53,748 bases of DNA. It comes from an uncultured Gammaproteobacteria bacterium (GTDB taxonomy: Bacteria > Pseudomonadota > Gammaproteobacteria > SZUA-229). Both the position numbers and the translations under genes were made by a program. Below are positions 6,849 to 16,225 of this stretch, piece after piece; the stretch's first letter is position 1, and each line of letters starts with the position of its first letter. Under the pieces are notes generated by a model. The model was not told the DNA's origin. It was given only the letters and a program-made list of their open reading frames with translations, and searched no databases. The stretch is from contig CAWBXM010000130.1 of assembly GCA_963792545.1 (NCBI GenBank), forward strand, positions 1-53,748, given 5' to 3'.

Positions 6849-8123
6849 CTAAATAGCATCAAGTTTTCGCATTGAAGAGGGGAGCAATTTCATATCGACT
6901 AAGGCCGTAACAAACGCTTTGCCAAAACTGGCTTCGTCTTCATAAACCATTTTGTAGTATTGTATTTTCATGGTCATGGCGCTGCCAAAGATTATCGAAA
7001 GAAAAGTTAATATAGAACCTAATGCCAGTGTCGACATGCCGGTGATACCTTGTCCAATAGTACAACCAAGCGCTAACACACCGCCAAAGCCCATTAATAT
7101 GGCGCCGAAGAAATGATTGAAAAAATCTTTCAGGTCAAAAAACCACTCGATACGAAAAGACCTGGAGATGAGCGACCATATCAATGAGCCCAGGATGACA
7201 CCAAATACCGAGATTAAACCAAAGGTTAAAAGGGCAGAGTCAAAACTGTTTTTTATGTAGCCGTAAGTTTGTCCAATAGGGTTAATAAAGGTGAACGACT
7301 GTGAGTTAAGTGTGCGGCCGGTAGCCGGTTTGCCAGTATCGTCTTCTGCCAGCATGTCCCATTCTTCGTAGTAGCTAGACAGTGAATAGTCCGTGTCGTC
7401 AGCCAATATTGTCACATTACTGCTGACATACCAGGCAGTGATAATGATTAGACCAATAGCTACACCGCTTAGAATGTTATCTTTACCGCTTCTGAAGTCG
7501 GCAGATTTAAAGATGTAAAATAACATGCCTGCTGCCACGACGATGCCCGCGATAAGCCGTGCTGTTTTAGTGTTGCTACTGCTGACCTCGTTGCTAATCA
7601 GAGCGCCGATATCCTGGTTGCCATTCAGGTCGATCGCCAGCGGATTTACCCAGTCATAGAATAAAACGCTGTATAAGGTTTTGTCGCTATCTGGAAATGG
7701 GTTGGTCATGTAGTAAGCGATAACAGCGATAATGATAAACACCATGATTGATTTTATATTGCCACCACCGATACGAATGAGCGTTTTATTTCCGCAACCA
7801 CTGGCATAGGTCATACCGATGCCAAACAAGAGGCCACCGAGGATGTTTTCTACAAAGATCAGCTGCGAGCCGCGATAGCCCGGAAAAGTGTCAGTAACAT
7901 TGACCAGTCCCATGTATTCAAAGACACTAACCCCGAAGGTGGCAACAGCGATGGCCAGCAACCAGGCTCTAAATCGTCCATAGTCACCGATGTTGACCAT
8001 GTCAGAAACAGCACCCATGGTACAAAAATTTGTTTTATTGACGATTGCGCCAAGAATGACGGAAATAATGAATGTGGACCATAAAAAGAAGGAAAGACTT
8101 TCAGCGAATGATTCAAAAATCAT
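6849..8123 (-). CDS. YeeE/YedE-family sulfur-compound (thiosulfate-type) transporter
   Basis: 424 aa polytopic membrane protein with the paired conserved Cys motifs ASGCGNKTL and ALGCTIGQG. Confidence 0.75.
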   Translation of the reverse strand: MIFESFAESLSFFLWSTFIISVILGAIVNKTNFCTMGAVSDMVNIGDYGRFRAWLLAIAVATFGVSVFEYMGLVNVTDTFPGYRGSQLIFVENILGGLLFGIGMTYASGCGNKTLIRIGGGNIKSIMVFIIIAVIAYYMTNPFPDSDKTLYSVLFYDWVNPLAIDLNGNQDIGALISNEVSSSNTKTARLIAGIVVAAGMLFYIFKSADFRSGKDNILSGVAIGLIIITAWYVSSNVTILADDTDYSLSSYYEEWDMLAEDDTGKPATGRTLNSQSFTFINPIGQTYGYIKNSFDSALLTFGLISVFGVILGSLIWSLISRSFRIEWFFDLKDFFNHFFGAILMGFGGVLALGCTIGQGITGMSTLALGSILTFLSIIFGSAMTMKIQYYKMVYEDEASFGKAFVTALVDMKLLPSSMRKLDAI

Positions 8124-8308
8124 ATTGTTACCTTAACGGGGTGGGTGAATAAAAACACAGTTCCTTTGCTGAAATTTCAGATTATACGGGGTCTATCCTG
8201 AAATTAAAGTGTTTTGTGATTTCTTATCGAGGGATAGACGTGAAACCAGTGTTTTTATTCCCGTTTGCTGTGCAGTAAGAACTGCGCAATAAGGGCAGTA
8301 CAGCAAGA

Positions 8309-10090
8309 TTAATACAGAGGCTTTAATGCCGAGATATGATGATCTTTTCGTTTGAAAGATTGCTCATTTTTAAAAGCCGCTAATAACGTTTTTTTGTCCC
8401 AGGAAGGTTTTTTCGGATTATAGAGTGATTGATTAAGTCGTTCGAGTTCGATAGATAGTTCCGCTGAGCATCGTGCAGAGATAAGTGACAGGTTGCTGAT
8501 GGTATTGTCAGCGTAAAATATTTTCGCCCATTCGATAAGTGCCTCTTTAGTGTGCTCAGCATCATTATTTTTAGCCTGTTTTACTACAGAAGAAGTTGCC
8601 GCTTTTAACGCAACCGAGCTTGTTACAACTTTTTGTTTACCTGGGATGCGGTCTGAGGGTTTCTTTTTAAACAATAACAGTAAGGTAATCAACCAGGCGA
8701 TACCGAGTAACAGGCTGAGCCATTTCCAGTAGAGCTGTTCGACGGGATGCGGGGCAGCCGCTAGTGGTGTTACTTTGTCGTTTTCTACCGCAGGTATCGC
8801 TTGTGGCGTTTGCGAGCCAGTATTTGTGCTTGCCGTATTCGTTGTGTTATCTATTACCGTGGTAGTTGCGGCGTTTCCGGTGGCGGTGATGACGGTTTGT
8901 TCGATGCTAGCGGTTTCAGCTTTATTGGTTTTAGTGTTCCACCATTGCAGCTTGATTTCGGGCAGTGTATAGCTGCCTGCGTGACTTGGTATTAAAGCGA
9001 TTTTGATCTGTTTGAGGCCTGTAATGCCGCTAGCGGGATCACTGCTACTGGTTCTGTTTTCGGTAACAGGTTTATCTGGATACTGTTTTAAGCCACTGAC
9101 TTCTTCAAAGCTGAGATCCGGTAACTGTGCACTGGTCAAACCTTCTGCGGCGATAGTGATGGTGCGAGTGACCGGTTCGCCGGTTTTGATATGTTGGATA
9201 TCATCAGACCATTCCTCAATTAGCTGAAGCTGTGTTGATGGTAACCAGTCCTGCAGGTTGATAGTAGCAGGGGCTGCTTTAACCGTTGCGGTAACGGCTT
9301 TGCTGCGTAGACGTTTTAGCTGTCCGCTCATACGAAACTGATCAAAAATAGTTCGTGCTTGAGAGCTGTTAACGCGACTCTCAAATGTAACAGGGTTAAT
9401 TTTTAGCTGGCCGCTTTTTTGAGGAAAGATAGCATAACGGCGTTCGATAACTTCATAACGGACACCATTACGTGTTGTCTGATATTGGCTATCCTCGCCA
9501 ATTTTTTCAATGATTGCGTCGGCATCATTGGTTTTAGGTTCTGACAATGATGCACCGGTAATGCTTACTGTGCGTAGTAACCGAACAGTGTAGATGAACT
9601 GTGACTGCACCCAGCCGGACTTTTTATCCAGCGTGCTTTCTAAGAATATCTGTGCTGGTACGGTGGCCTGACCATCAGGTGAAACACTGTTAGGTGAAGA
9701 GCTGTTAGTTACGGTTATCTGTATCGCCGGGCTGATGTCGCTGCCAAAGGCAATGGCAGGTATGGTGAACTTGCCAACGTCTTTTGCAATCACGGTTAGA
9801 TCCCATGATTTTTTCATGCTCCAGTTGCCGTTGATAGAGCGCATGTTGGTGCTCTGACTGCTGCTTAATACATCGAAATTTTTGTACACAGGTGAGAAGT
9901 CCGGGTCATCATCAACACTGCTGTCTGCTTCATAGATTAGATGAAATGAGTCATCCAGAGTTACCGGGTTACGGCTGGTTGTTACCACGATGTTGCTGGC
10001 TTGCGCCAGTGCATCGATTGCTGCTAAGCCGAGTCCGACAATAATCAGTAGTGAAATCAGCAGTTTGTTTTTATGTGTCTTTTTTACCAT
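8309..10090 (-). CDS. batD: BatD-like protein (last gene of the MoxR/Bat operon)
   Basis: 593 aa with a signal peptide, a large periplasmic region, a late TM helix (YWKWLSLLLGIAWLITLLLLF) and a C-terminal tail. Its start overlaps the upstream stop by 7 nt. Confidence 0.65.
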   Translation of the reverse strand: MVKKTHKNKLLISLLIIVGLGLAAIDALAQASNIVVTTSRNPVTLDDSFHLIYEADSSVDDDPDFSPVYKNFDVLSSSQSTNMRSINGNWSMKKSWDLTVIAKDVGKFTIPAIAFGSDISPAIQITVTNSSSPNSVSPDGQATVPAQIFLESTLDKKSGWVQSQFIYTVRLLRTVSITGASLSEPKTNDADAIIEKIGEDSQYQTTRNGVRYEVIERRYAIFPQKSGQLKINPVTFESRVNSSQARTIFDQFRMSGQLKRLRSKAVTATVKAAPATINLQDWLPSTQLQLIEEWSDDIQHIKTGEPVTRTITIAAEGLTSAQLPDLSFEEVSGLKQYPDKPVTENRTSSSDPASGITGLKQIKIALIPSHAGSYTLPEIKLQWWNTKTNKAETASIEQTVITATGNAATTTVIDNTTNTASTNTGSQTPQAIPAVENDKVTPLAAAPHPVEQLYWKWLSLLLGIAWLITLLLLFKKKPSDRIPGKQKVVTSSVALKAATSSVVKQAKNNDAEHTKEALIEWAKIFYADNTISNLSLISARCSAELSIELERLNQSLYNPKKPSWDKKTLLAAFKNEQSFKRKDHHISALKPLY

Positions 10091-12120
10091 GGTTCTTTGT
10101 CGTCTTTTTGGTTAGGTGCCTGTTTATATTGATAATAAAACTTGCGCCTTAAAAGGCCGCCCGGATCATCAGGAATTCGCTTTAACCATTGTTCAGTAGC
10201 TTTTTCATCTTCGGTAATCGAGGCTTCCACTGGATTAACTTCAACTTCCGCAGGTTTTTCTTTTGAGTCACTATTCTCTACTTGTTCTGATTCGTTGGGT
10301 TCTGACTCTTCGGGTTCTGTTTTGTCAGTATCATTCTTTTGTTCATTTTCTTTTTGCTGCTGCTCATACTGGCTTTGTTGCTCTTCTTGTTCTTTCTTTT
10401 CAGCAGCTTCATCGCGTTGTTTGAGCTGTTTTTCTTCTTCAGCTTGCTGATCATTTTTATCTTTTGACTGATCAGATGATTGTTGTTGTGAATCCTGTTG
10501 TTCTGAATCTTGTTTATCTGTGTCTTGATTCTCTGAGTCTTGCTGATTCGAATCTTGATTTTCTGAATCCTGTTTCTGGGAATCTTTATCGCCAGATTTT
10601 TTATCGTCAGACTGCTGGTCATCGGAATCTTTGTCATTTTGTTGCTGGTTTTGTTGTTGCTCTTGCTGCCTGGTCAGCGCCTGTTTTACCTGCTCACGAT
10701 TATATTTAGCATCTTCATTATTGTTGTCGAGTTCGATGGCTTTATCGTAAGCCTTAATCGCTTCCTCGTATTTGCCAAGTTTTGCTAGCGCATTAGCTTT
10801 ATTGTAATACGCATCGTTGTGCTCGCTATTTTCGAGCGCTTTTGCTGCGGCTTCATAATCACCTTTTCTATAATAAGCACTGGCTTTCCAGTCAGGGTCA
10901 GTGAATTGTCTGGCAGCAGTTTCATTATCCCCTTGTTCGAACGCTTTCATGGCTTTTTGGTCAGGGCTGAACCATAGATTTTGTGCATCTATTATCGGTG
11001 CTGTTGTTGTCGCAGTGTCTGTTGCCTCGGCCGCGTAGGCGGGTTGTGGCTGTAATGCAGAAAAGATCAGTAAGCAAGGCAGTGCAAAAGGCAGTAGTAC
11101 GGCTAACCAGCCTTTCCTAGACCACAATGCAGAAAAAAACAGTAATGGCAGTAATAGCCAATAGCCTTCTTCCTGCCAGATGTCAGCATCAAGATTTTTG
11201 TTATCCGTGTTTTGTTCAACGCTGGATGACTGAAACAGGCGGCTTAGTTTTTCAACATCTTTGTCACCTGCTCGGATGCCTGTGTACAGACCACCGCCAG
11301 CGAGTGCGTAACGCTGTAATCTAGCGGCATCGAGTTTCGGTATGACGATAGCGCCGTTACTGTTTTTTAAGAAACCCGCCTCGACGGGTACCGGCGCACC
11401 TTCAGCAGTACCGATACCAAAAATCGATAGACGGTAGCCCTGTGATGCAACTTTTTTGATGGCGCTTTCATCAGCTGAATGAATGTCATCGGTGATGACC
11501 AGGATATCACCATTGATAACGCCTGCCTGCTGAAACAGTGATAACGTTTTACTCAGGGCAGTCGATAGCTGGCTGCCCTGGGCTGGCATCATGTCTGTTT
11601 CCAGTGATGGCACAAGGTTGGCGATGGTGGCATTATCATCGGTTAGTGGAGTGACGACAAAGGCGTCAGCGGCATAAACGATCAAGGCAGTCTGGCCAGT
11701 TTTTCTTGTTTTTAGAATGTCCAGCAGCTCCAGTTTGGCGCGCGCCAGTCGTGAGGGTTTGATGTCGGTGGCATCCATAGATTGTGATAGATCTAACAGT
11801 ACTACCAGTGAAGACTGTTCACGGTATACCGGCTGCGGTAATTTTTTATAGACCGGGCCGGCGAGTGCCGTGATGCACAGACTGGATGCGATAAAGGCTA
11901 AAATCAACGGGTAACGGCGTTGCTTTACACTGTTCGATCTACTTAAAACAAAAGGCATTAACTGCGGGTCGATTACCGACGTCCAGTTTTTATCATTCAG
12001 TTTTTTTGTACTGGCCAGCATCAGGAATAGTATTACCGGGATGAAGGCATAGAACCAGTCTGCACGGATGAAGTGCAGCTGTTCAAAAATTAATCTGGCA
12101 TTGTTTATTATCTCATTCAT
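10084..12120 (-). CDS. batB: VWA + TPR protein (BatB/BatC-like) with a long acidic/Gln-rich tail
   Basis: VWA MIDAS motif LLDLSQSMDATD. TPR segment AYYRKGDYEAAAKALE...YNKANALAKLGKYEEAIKAYDKAIELD. Start taken at ATG 12120 (MNEIINN), overlapping the batA stop by 8 nt. Confidence 0.75.
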   Translation of the reverse strand: MNEIINNARLIFEQLHFIRADWFYAFIPVILFLMLASTKKLNDKNWTSVIDPQLMPFVLSRSNSVKQRRYPLILAFIASSLCITALAGPVYKKLPQPVYREQSSLVVLLDLSQSMDATDIKPSRLARAKLELLDILKTRKTGQTALIVYAADAFVVTPLTDDNATIANLVPSLETDMMPAQGSQLSTALSKTLSLFQQAGVINGDILVITDDIHSADESAIKKVASQGYRLSIFGIGTAEGAPVPVEAGFLKNSNGAIVIPKLDAARLQRYALAGGGLYTGIRAGDKDVEKLSRLFQSSSVEQNTDNKNLDADIWQEEGYWLLLPLLFFSALWSRKGWLAVLLPFALPCLLIFSALQPQPAYAAEATDTATTTAPIIDAQNLWFSPDQKAMKAFEQGDNETAARQFTDPDWKASAYYRKGDYEAAAKALENSEHNDAYYNKANALAKLGKYEEAIKAYDKAIELDNNNEDAKYNREQVKQALTRQQEQQQNQQQNDKDSDDQQSDDKKSGDKDSQKQDSENQDSNQQDSENQDTDKQDSEQQDSQQQSSDQSKDKNDQQAEEEKQLKQRDEAAEKKEQEEQQSQYEQQQKENEQKNDTDKTEPEESEPNESEQVENSDSKEKPAEVEVNPVEASITEDEKATEQWLKRIPDDPGGLLRRKFYYQYKQAPNQKDDKEPW

Positions 12121-13147
12121 CGGAGGTTGTACCTGGTGAGTGAGTCGTGCTGCCAGATGAGAATTGCGGCAGATACAGTAACAGAGAAAGAATGGCTGCA
12201 ATGGTAAAGCTGGCGCTTAACGGGATGTAAAGCAGGGATCTTATCGGGCGATAGCTTCTGATATCCTTTTCTGTTGGTTCGAGTTTGTCTAGCAGTTCAT
12301 AGATTTCCTGTAGGTCGCTGGTGTTATATGCCCTGAAATATTGGCCGCCAGTGATTTTAGCGACTTCTTTTAGAGTGGCCTCATCTAATTCACGTGAGCC
12401 TCGATTACCGATGCCGATGGTGTGAATTTTCAAACCTTTTTTGGCGGCAAGTTCTGCGGCTTTCAGTGGCGTGATTTCGCCACGGTTGCTGACGCCATCG
12501 GTAAGTAAGATCAAAACACGGTCATCTGCAATATCGCGTTTGATCTTATTGTCCGATTGCTGCCGGTTAAGTTTTTCCTGTTGTCGGTTCAGCCTTTTTA
12601 CCGCAAGACCAATGGCGTCGCCAATAGCAGTCGCCTGGCCAGCGAGTCCCGTGACAGCTTCCTGCAATAATATATTGACGGTCTCCCGGTCAAAAGTTAG
12701 TGGCGCCTGAACATAAGCCTGATCACCAAAAAGAATGAGTCCTATGCGATCACCGACACGTCTTTCGATAAATGCGCTGGCTACTGCTTTGGTGGCAACG
12801 ATGCGACTAATTGAACGTTGGTTGTGGCGGATCGGTAAGTCCATGCTCTTTGAAATATCGATAGCCATCATTAGATCACGGCCGCTAACGGGTAGCTCAA
12901 CGGTGTCACCTGTCCATTGCGGGCGGGCCGCTGCAATAATCAATAAGACCCAGGCCAATGTATATAACAGCAGTGGCCAGCGCGTTTTATTGCTGGCGGA
13001 TATACTGTCCGCCGCTACCTGGAAGTCGGCAAGATCGGGTACCCGTAATGCGGCTTCATTGCTCTTTTTTGCTGCGGGCAACAGTAAACGAAATAATAAC
13101 GGCAACGGCAGGGCGGCTAACATCCAGGGCCAGAGTAATGTCATCAT
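12113..13147 (-). CDS. batA: VWA-domain membrane protein (BatA-like)
   Basis: N-terminal TM helices, then VWA motif MMAIDISKSMD ... LLTDGVSN. ATGA overlap with the upstream gene. Confidence 0.75.
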   Translation of the reverse strand: MMTLLWPWMLAALPLPLLFRLLLPAAKKSNEAALRVPDLADFQVAADSISASNKTRWPLLLYTLAWVLLIIAAARPQWTGDTVELPVSGRDLMMAIDISKSMDLPIRHNQRSISRIVATKAVASAFIERRVGDRIGLILFGDQAYVQAPLTFDRETVNILLQEAVTGLAGQATAIGDAIGLAVKRLNRQQEKLNRQQSDNKIKRDIADDRVLILLTDGVSNRGEITPLKAAELAAKKGLKIHTIGIGNRGSRELDEATLKEVAKITGGQYFRAYNTSDLQEIYELLDKLEPTEKDIRSYRPIRSLLYIPLSASFTIAAILSLLLYLPQFSSGSTTHSPGTTSDE

Positions 13148-13725
13148 GAGTCCGCAACCTCTTTTAATGGCAGTGGTTTGCTGTGTGATGATAGTAGCCA
13201 GGATTCACACAGACGGATTAACGCTGAAGTGTCGTAATCTGTTAGAGAATCTTCTGACTGATAAGGCGCAGAGATAAGCACCTTGCCGACATCACTTTGA
13301 AACTTGAGATCGTTCAATGGTTTTACATTGCTTTGATCTAATAGCGCCAGCCATTTCTCACCGGTTAAACCCGCAATATACTTTGCCGGATAAAAACTAA
13401 TACTCGCGCGGCGTAATAATACTGATAGTGATTTAGCCAGCTGTGATTTATTTTTTGTTTGTTCAAACTGTCGTTTGATGTGTTCAATCTCTGTGCTGAT
13501 GTCTCTTTTTAGCTGACGGCTTAGATAAATTTTTCGTATCACATAAATACTGACCAGTAGTAATACAAAGCTGGCTAGCACTATCCACCAGCCAGGCGCA
13601 ATCGGCCACCATGAGATCGGATCAGGCAGGTGAATGTCCCTTAGATCCAATGATTGTGGATCTATTTCCTGTGGGTTAACGGCTTGTGGATTAACGCCTT
13701 GTGAATCTATGGCTGCCGGGTTCAT
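13144..13725 (-). CDS. DUF4381-like single-pass membrane protein
   Basis: Its position between the DUF58 and BatA genes is typical. WWPIAPGWWIVLASFVLLLV TM helix. Confidence 0.6.
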   Translation of the reverse strand: MNPAAIDSQGVNPQAVNPQEIDPQSLDLRDIHLPDPISWWPIAPGWWIVLASFVLLLVSIYVIRKIYLSRQLKRDISTEIEHIKRQFEQTKNKSQLAKSLSVLLRRASISFYPAKYIAGLTGEKWLALLDQSNVKPLNDLKFQSDVGKVLISAPYQSEDSLTDYDTSALIRLCESWLLSSHSKPLPLKEVADS

Positions 13726-13747
13726 TTATCTAATGTTGATGCTTTTT

Positions 13748-14749
13748 TCATGCTGAACGATACTGTGCTCTATGTGATGAGGCGTTATGCGTACCTTTGA
13801 TGCCCAGTCCTTTTTTCAAGGTCTCTAAAATATCGTCGTCAGTTGAGATATAGATGATATGTATGCGATGTTTGCGGCAAAAGTTTTTCAGTTGTTGTTT
13901 ACGATCCAGGTAGTGCTGGTGATACCGCTCTCTGGTTTTTTTGTTTGTGGTCTGCAACTGCAGCTCTTTGTTGCCGTCGCTTAATTTATAGCTGCCCGAT
14001 GCTGGTAAGTTAATTTCGAACGGGTCAGAGATATCGATGAAGATAATATCGTTGTTTCTTGCTGTATTGGCGATATGTGAATAATCATTTTCCTGCAGGC
14101 CATGAAAGTCACTGATCATGAATATCAGGCTGCCAGGATGGGTGATTTTTCGCAGACGTGAAACCGCAGATACTTTATTTTTGTCCGCAGCTTTGCTTTG
14201 GCTGCTGCTCCTGGCATGTTTTTGCTGGCCGGATAACCAGGCGCTGTGTTTGGTGCAGCGGCCGATGAAATCCAGTACAGCAGTTTTGCCACGACGAGGT
14301 TTGCTGATTACCTGCTCCTCTGGAGAAAAAATTAAACTACCGACGCGGTCGTTATTCTTTGACGCACTCCATGCGAGCAGACTGGCAACCTCTGCAGCGA
14401 TAACAGCTTTATATTTATTGCGGGTGGCGAACATCATCGATGGGCCGAGGTCCAGGTAGATCAACACAGGTCTTTCGCGTTCTTCACGAAAAGTTTTACT
14501 GTGAGCAGTGCCGGTACGAGCAGTTACGCGCCAGTCCATATTGCGGATGTCATCACCCGCCTGATAGATACGTGACTCATCAAATTCCATGCCCCGGCCT
14601 TTAAACGACGAGATATAAGCGCCGCCCTGTTTGGCGTGGATCTTGCCACTATCCAGCGGTAGCTGATTGGCGGACAGGCGTAACTGGATAAGTGATTGCT
14701 GGCTTATCCAGGTAATACCTTCGGCTGATTTATCGGTGTTTTTATTCAT
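13748..14749 (-). CDS. DUF58 (VWA-like) protein
   Basis: SSFKGRGMEFDESRIYQAGDDIRNMDWRVTART is the DUF58 signature. It follows the MoxR gene. Confidence 0.75.
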   Translation of the reverse strand: MNKNTDKSAEGITWISQQSLIQLRLSANQLPLDSGKIHAKQGGAYISSFKGRGMEFDESRIYQAGDDIRNMDWRVTARTGTAHSKTFREERERPVLIYLDLGPSMMFATRNKYKAVIAAEVASLLAWSASKNNDRVGSLIFSPEEQVISKPRRGKTAVLDFIGRCTKHSAWLSGQQKHARSSSQSKAADKNKVSAVSRLRKITHPGSLIFMISDFHGLQENDYSHIANTARNNDIIFIDISDPFEINLPASGSYKLSDGNKELQLQTTNKKTRERYHQHYLDRKQQLKNFCRKHRIHIIYISTDDDILETLKKGLGIKGTHNASSHRAQYRSA

Positions 14750-14832
14750 GTAAGTTATTGTCTGCAGATGAAAGCGGTTAAAAACGAAACAATTATGTAT
14801 TGTTGTTATCGTCCATCTGTGGAAAAATTATT

Positions 14833-15832
14833 TTAAGGTACCGCTACACGTGAGATGATCTCCTGGATAAAGCTATCAGGTGTTACGCCATCGGCTTCTG
14901 CTTCGTAACTTAAGATGACACGATGACGCAGTACGTCGAAGGCGATGGCCTGAATGTCATCGGGGCTAACAAAGTCGCGCTGATCTAACCAGGCATGAGC
15001 GCGAGCACAACGGTCGAGTGCGATGGTAGCGCGCGGGCTAGCGCCATACAGTAACCAGTTAGCCAGGTCGTCCCCATAGATGCCCGGGTTGCGAGTGGCC
15101 AGTACCAGTTGTAATAAATACTCTTCAAGGTTGTCGTCCATGTAAACATCGAGTACTTCACCGCGAGCATCAAAAATACTTTGTTGGCTAATTTTTTCGA
15201 CAATTGCAGTGTTGGTTTCAGTAGATGTTCTGCTTTCCTCTCTAGCTTCGTCGCGCACTAGTCGCAGAATTTCTTTTTCCGCGCGCTGCATCGGGATAGC
15301 CGATGCTGACGTGCATCAAAAAACGGTCTAGCTGAGCTTCAGGCAAAGGGTAGGTGCCTTCCTGTTCGATTGGGTTTTGCGTTGCCATTACCATAAATAG
15401 TTTTGGTAATGGGTAGGTTATTTTGCCAACAGTAATCTGGCGCTCTGCCATGGCTTCCAGCAAAGCTGACTGTACTTTAGCGGGCGCGCGATTAATCTCG
15501 TCAGCCAAAACCAGGTTATGAAATAACGGCCCCTGCTGGAAATGAAAACTACCTTCCTGTGGCCGGTAGACTTCGGTACCGGTTAAATCAGCTGGTAACA
15601 GGTCGGGAGTGAACTGTACGCGATGAAAGTTACTCTCGATACCTTCGCCTAATATTTTTATGGCTTTGGTTTTAGCTAAACCGGGAGCACCTTCAACCAG
15701 CAGATGTCCATCTGCCAGTAGTGCGATTAACAGGCGGTCAACCAGTTTTTCCTGACCGATGATATGATTTTGTATGTGTTGCTTGAGATGGAGTATCGAT
15801 TTTAGATTGGACATGTTCAGCTTTTCATTCAC
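14833..15832 (-). pseudogene. MoxR-family AAA+ ATPase, split by a frameshift near 15283
   Basis: ORF 15242..15832 carries Walker A (GAPGLAKT), Walker B (LADEINR) and ...LDRFLMHVSIGYPDA. ORF 14833..15291 continues in the +1 frame with AEKEILRLVRDE.... Skipping one base in the gcgcgc run restores YPDAAAEKEILRLV. Confidence 0.8.
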
Positions 15833-15964
15833 CGTATTATTTTGGGTTATAGATGGTTTGTTACGAAGACTTTCATGATGGATAAAAGTTCATTATAAGT
15901 TTGACGGGGTATCTTAGCTTTATTTATCGTATAATATGTGAGTCTATTTTAAATTTCCAACATC

Positions 15965-16200
15965 AGGTGCCTTGTCAAGAGAGAAATTTCTTAAAAGAGG
16001 ATAATCGGGAAGTTGGTGAATTCGACCAGTTTGCTAAAATCTGGCTCGAATGAATCCAACGCTGCCCCCGCAACGGTGATTGGTGAGAATTGTTCGACCA
16101 CTGCGAAGCTTTTTCCAATGCGAAGCCGCTTCATGGGAAGGGAATAATTCAGGAATTCGTCAGAGTTCACACCATAAGCCCGGAGACCGGCCTGTTGATT
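15965..16200 (+). promoter_or_regulatory. Cobalamin (B12) riboswitch aptamer
   Basis: aatcGGGAAgttGGTGaa (16003-16020), ccaacGCtGcCCCCGCaACgGTga (16056-16079) and the B12 box agcccggagaccggcc (16177-16192). It lies directly upstream of a TonB-dependent receptor. Confidence 0.85.
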
Positions 16201-16225
16201 TTATACATAAGTCGCGGCGGGCGAT

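Noticed and set aside
10142-10709. Extra ORFs in the batB low-complexity region: antisense 10142..10450 and 10464..10709, and alternate-frame same-strand 10278..10637.
   Set aside because: They are low-complexity shadows of the acidic/Gln-rich BatB tail (Ser/Cys- or Lys/Asn-rich nonsense), and the BatB frame is continuous through them.
15901-15935. Sigma-70 promoter TTGACG ... TATAAT for the riboswitch operon.
   Set aside because: The two hexamers are 23 nt apart, against an optimum of about 17. No better -35 element is present. I left it unannotated.
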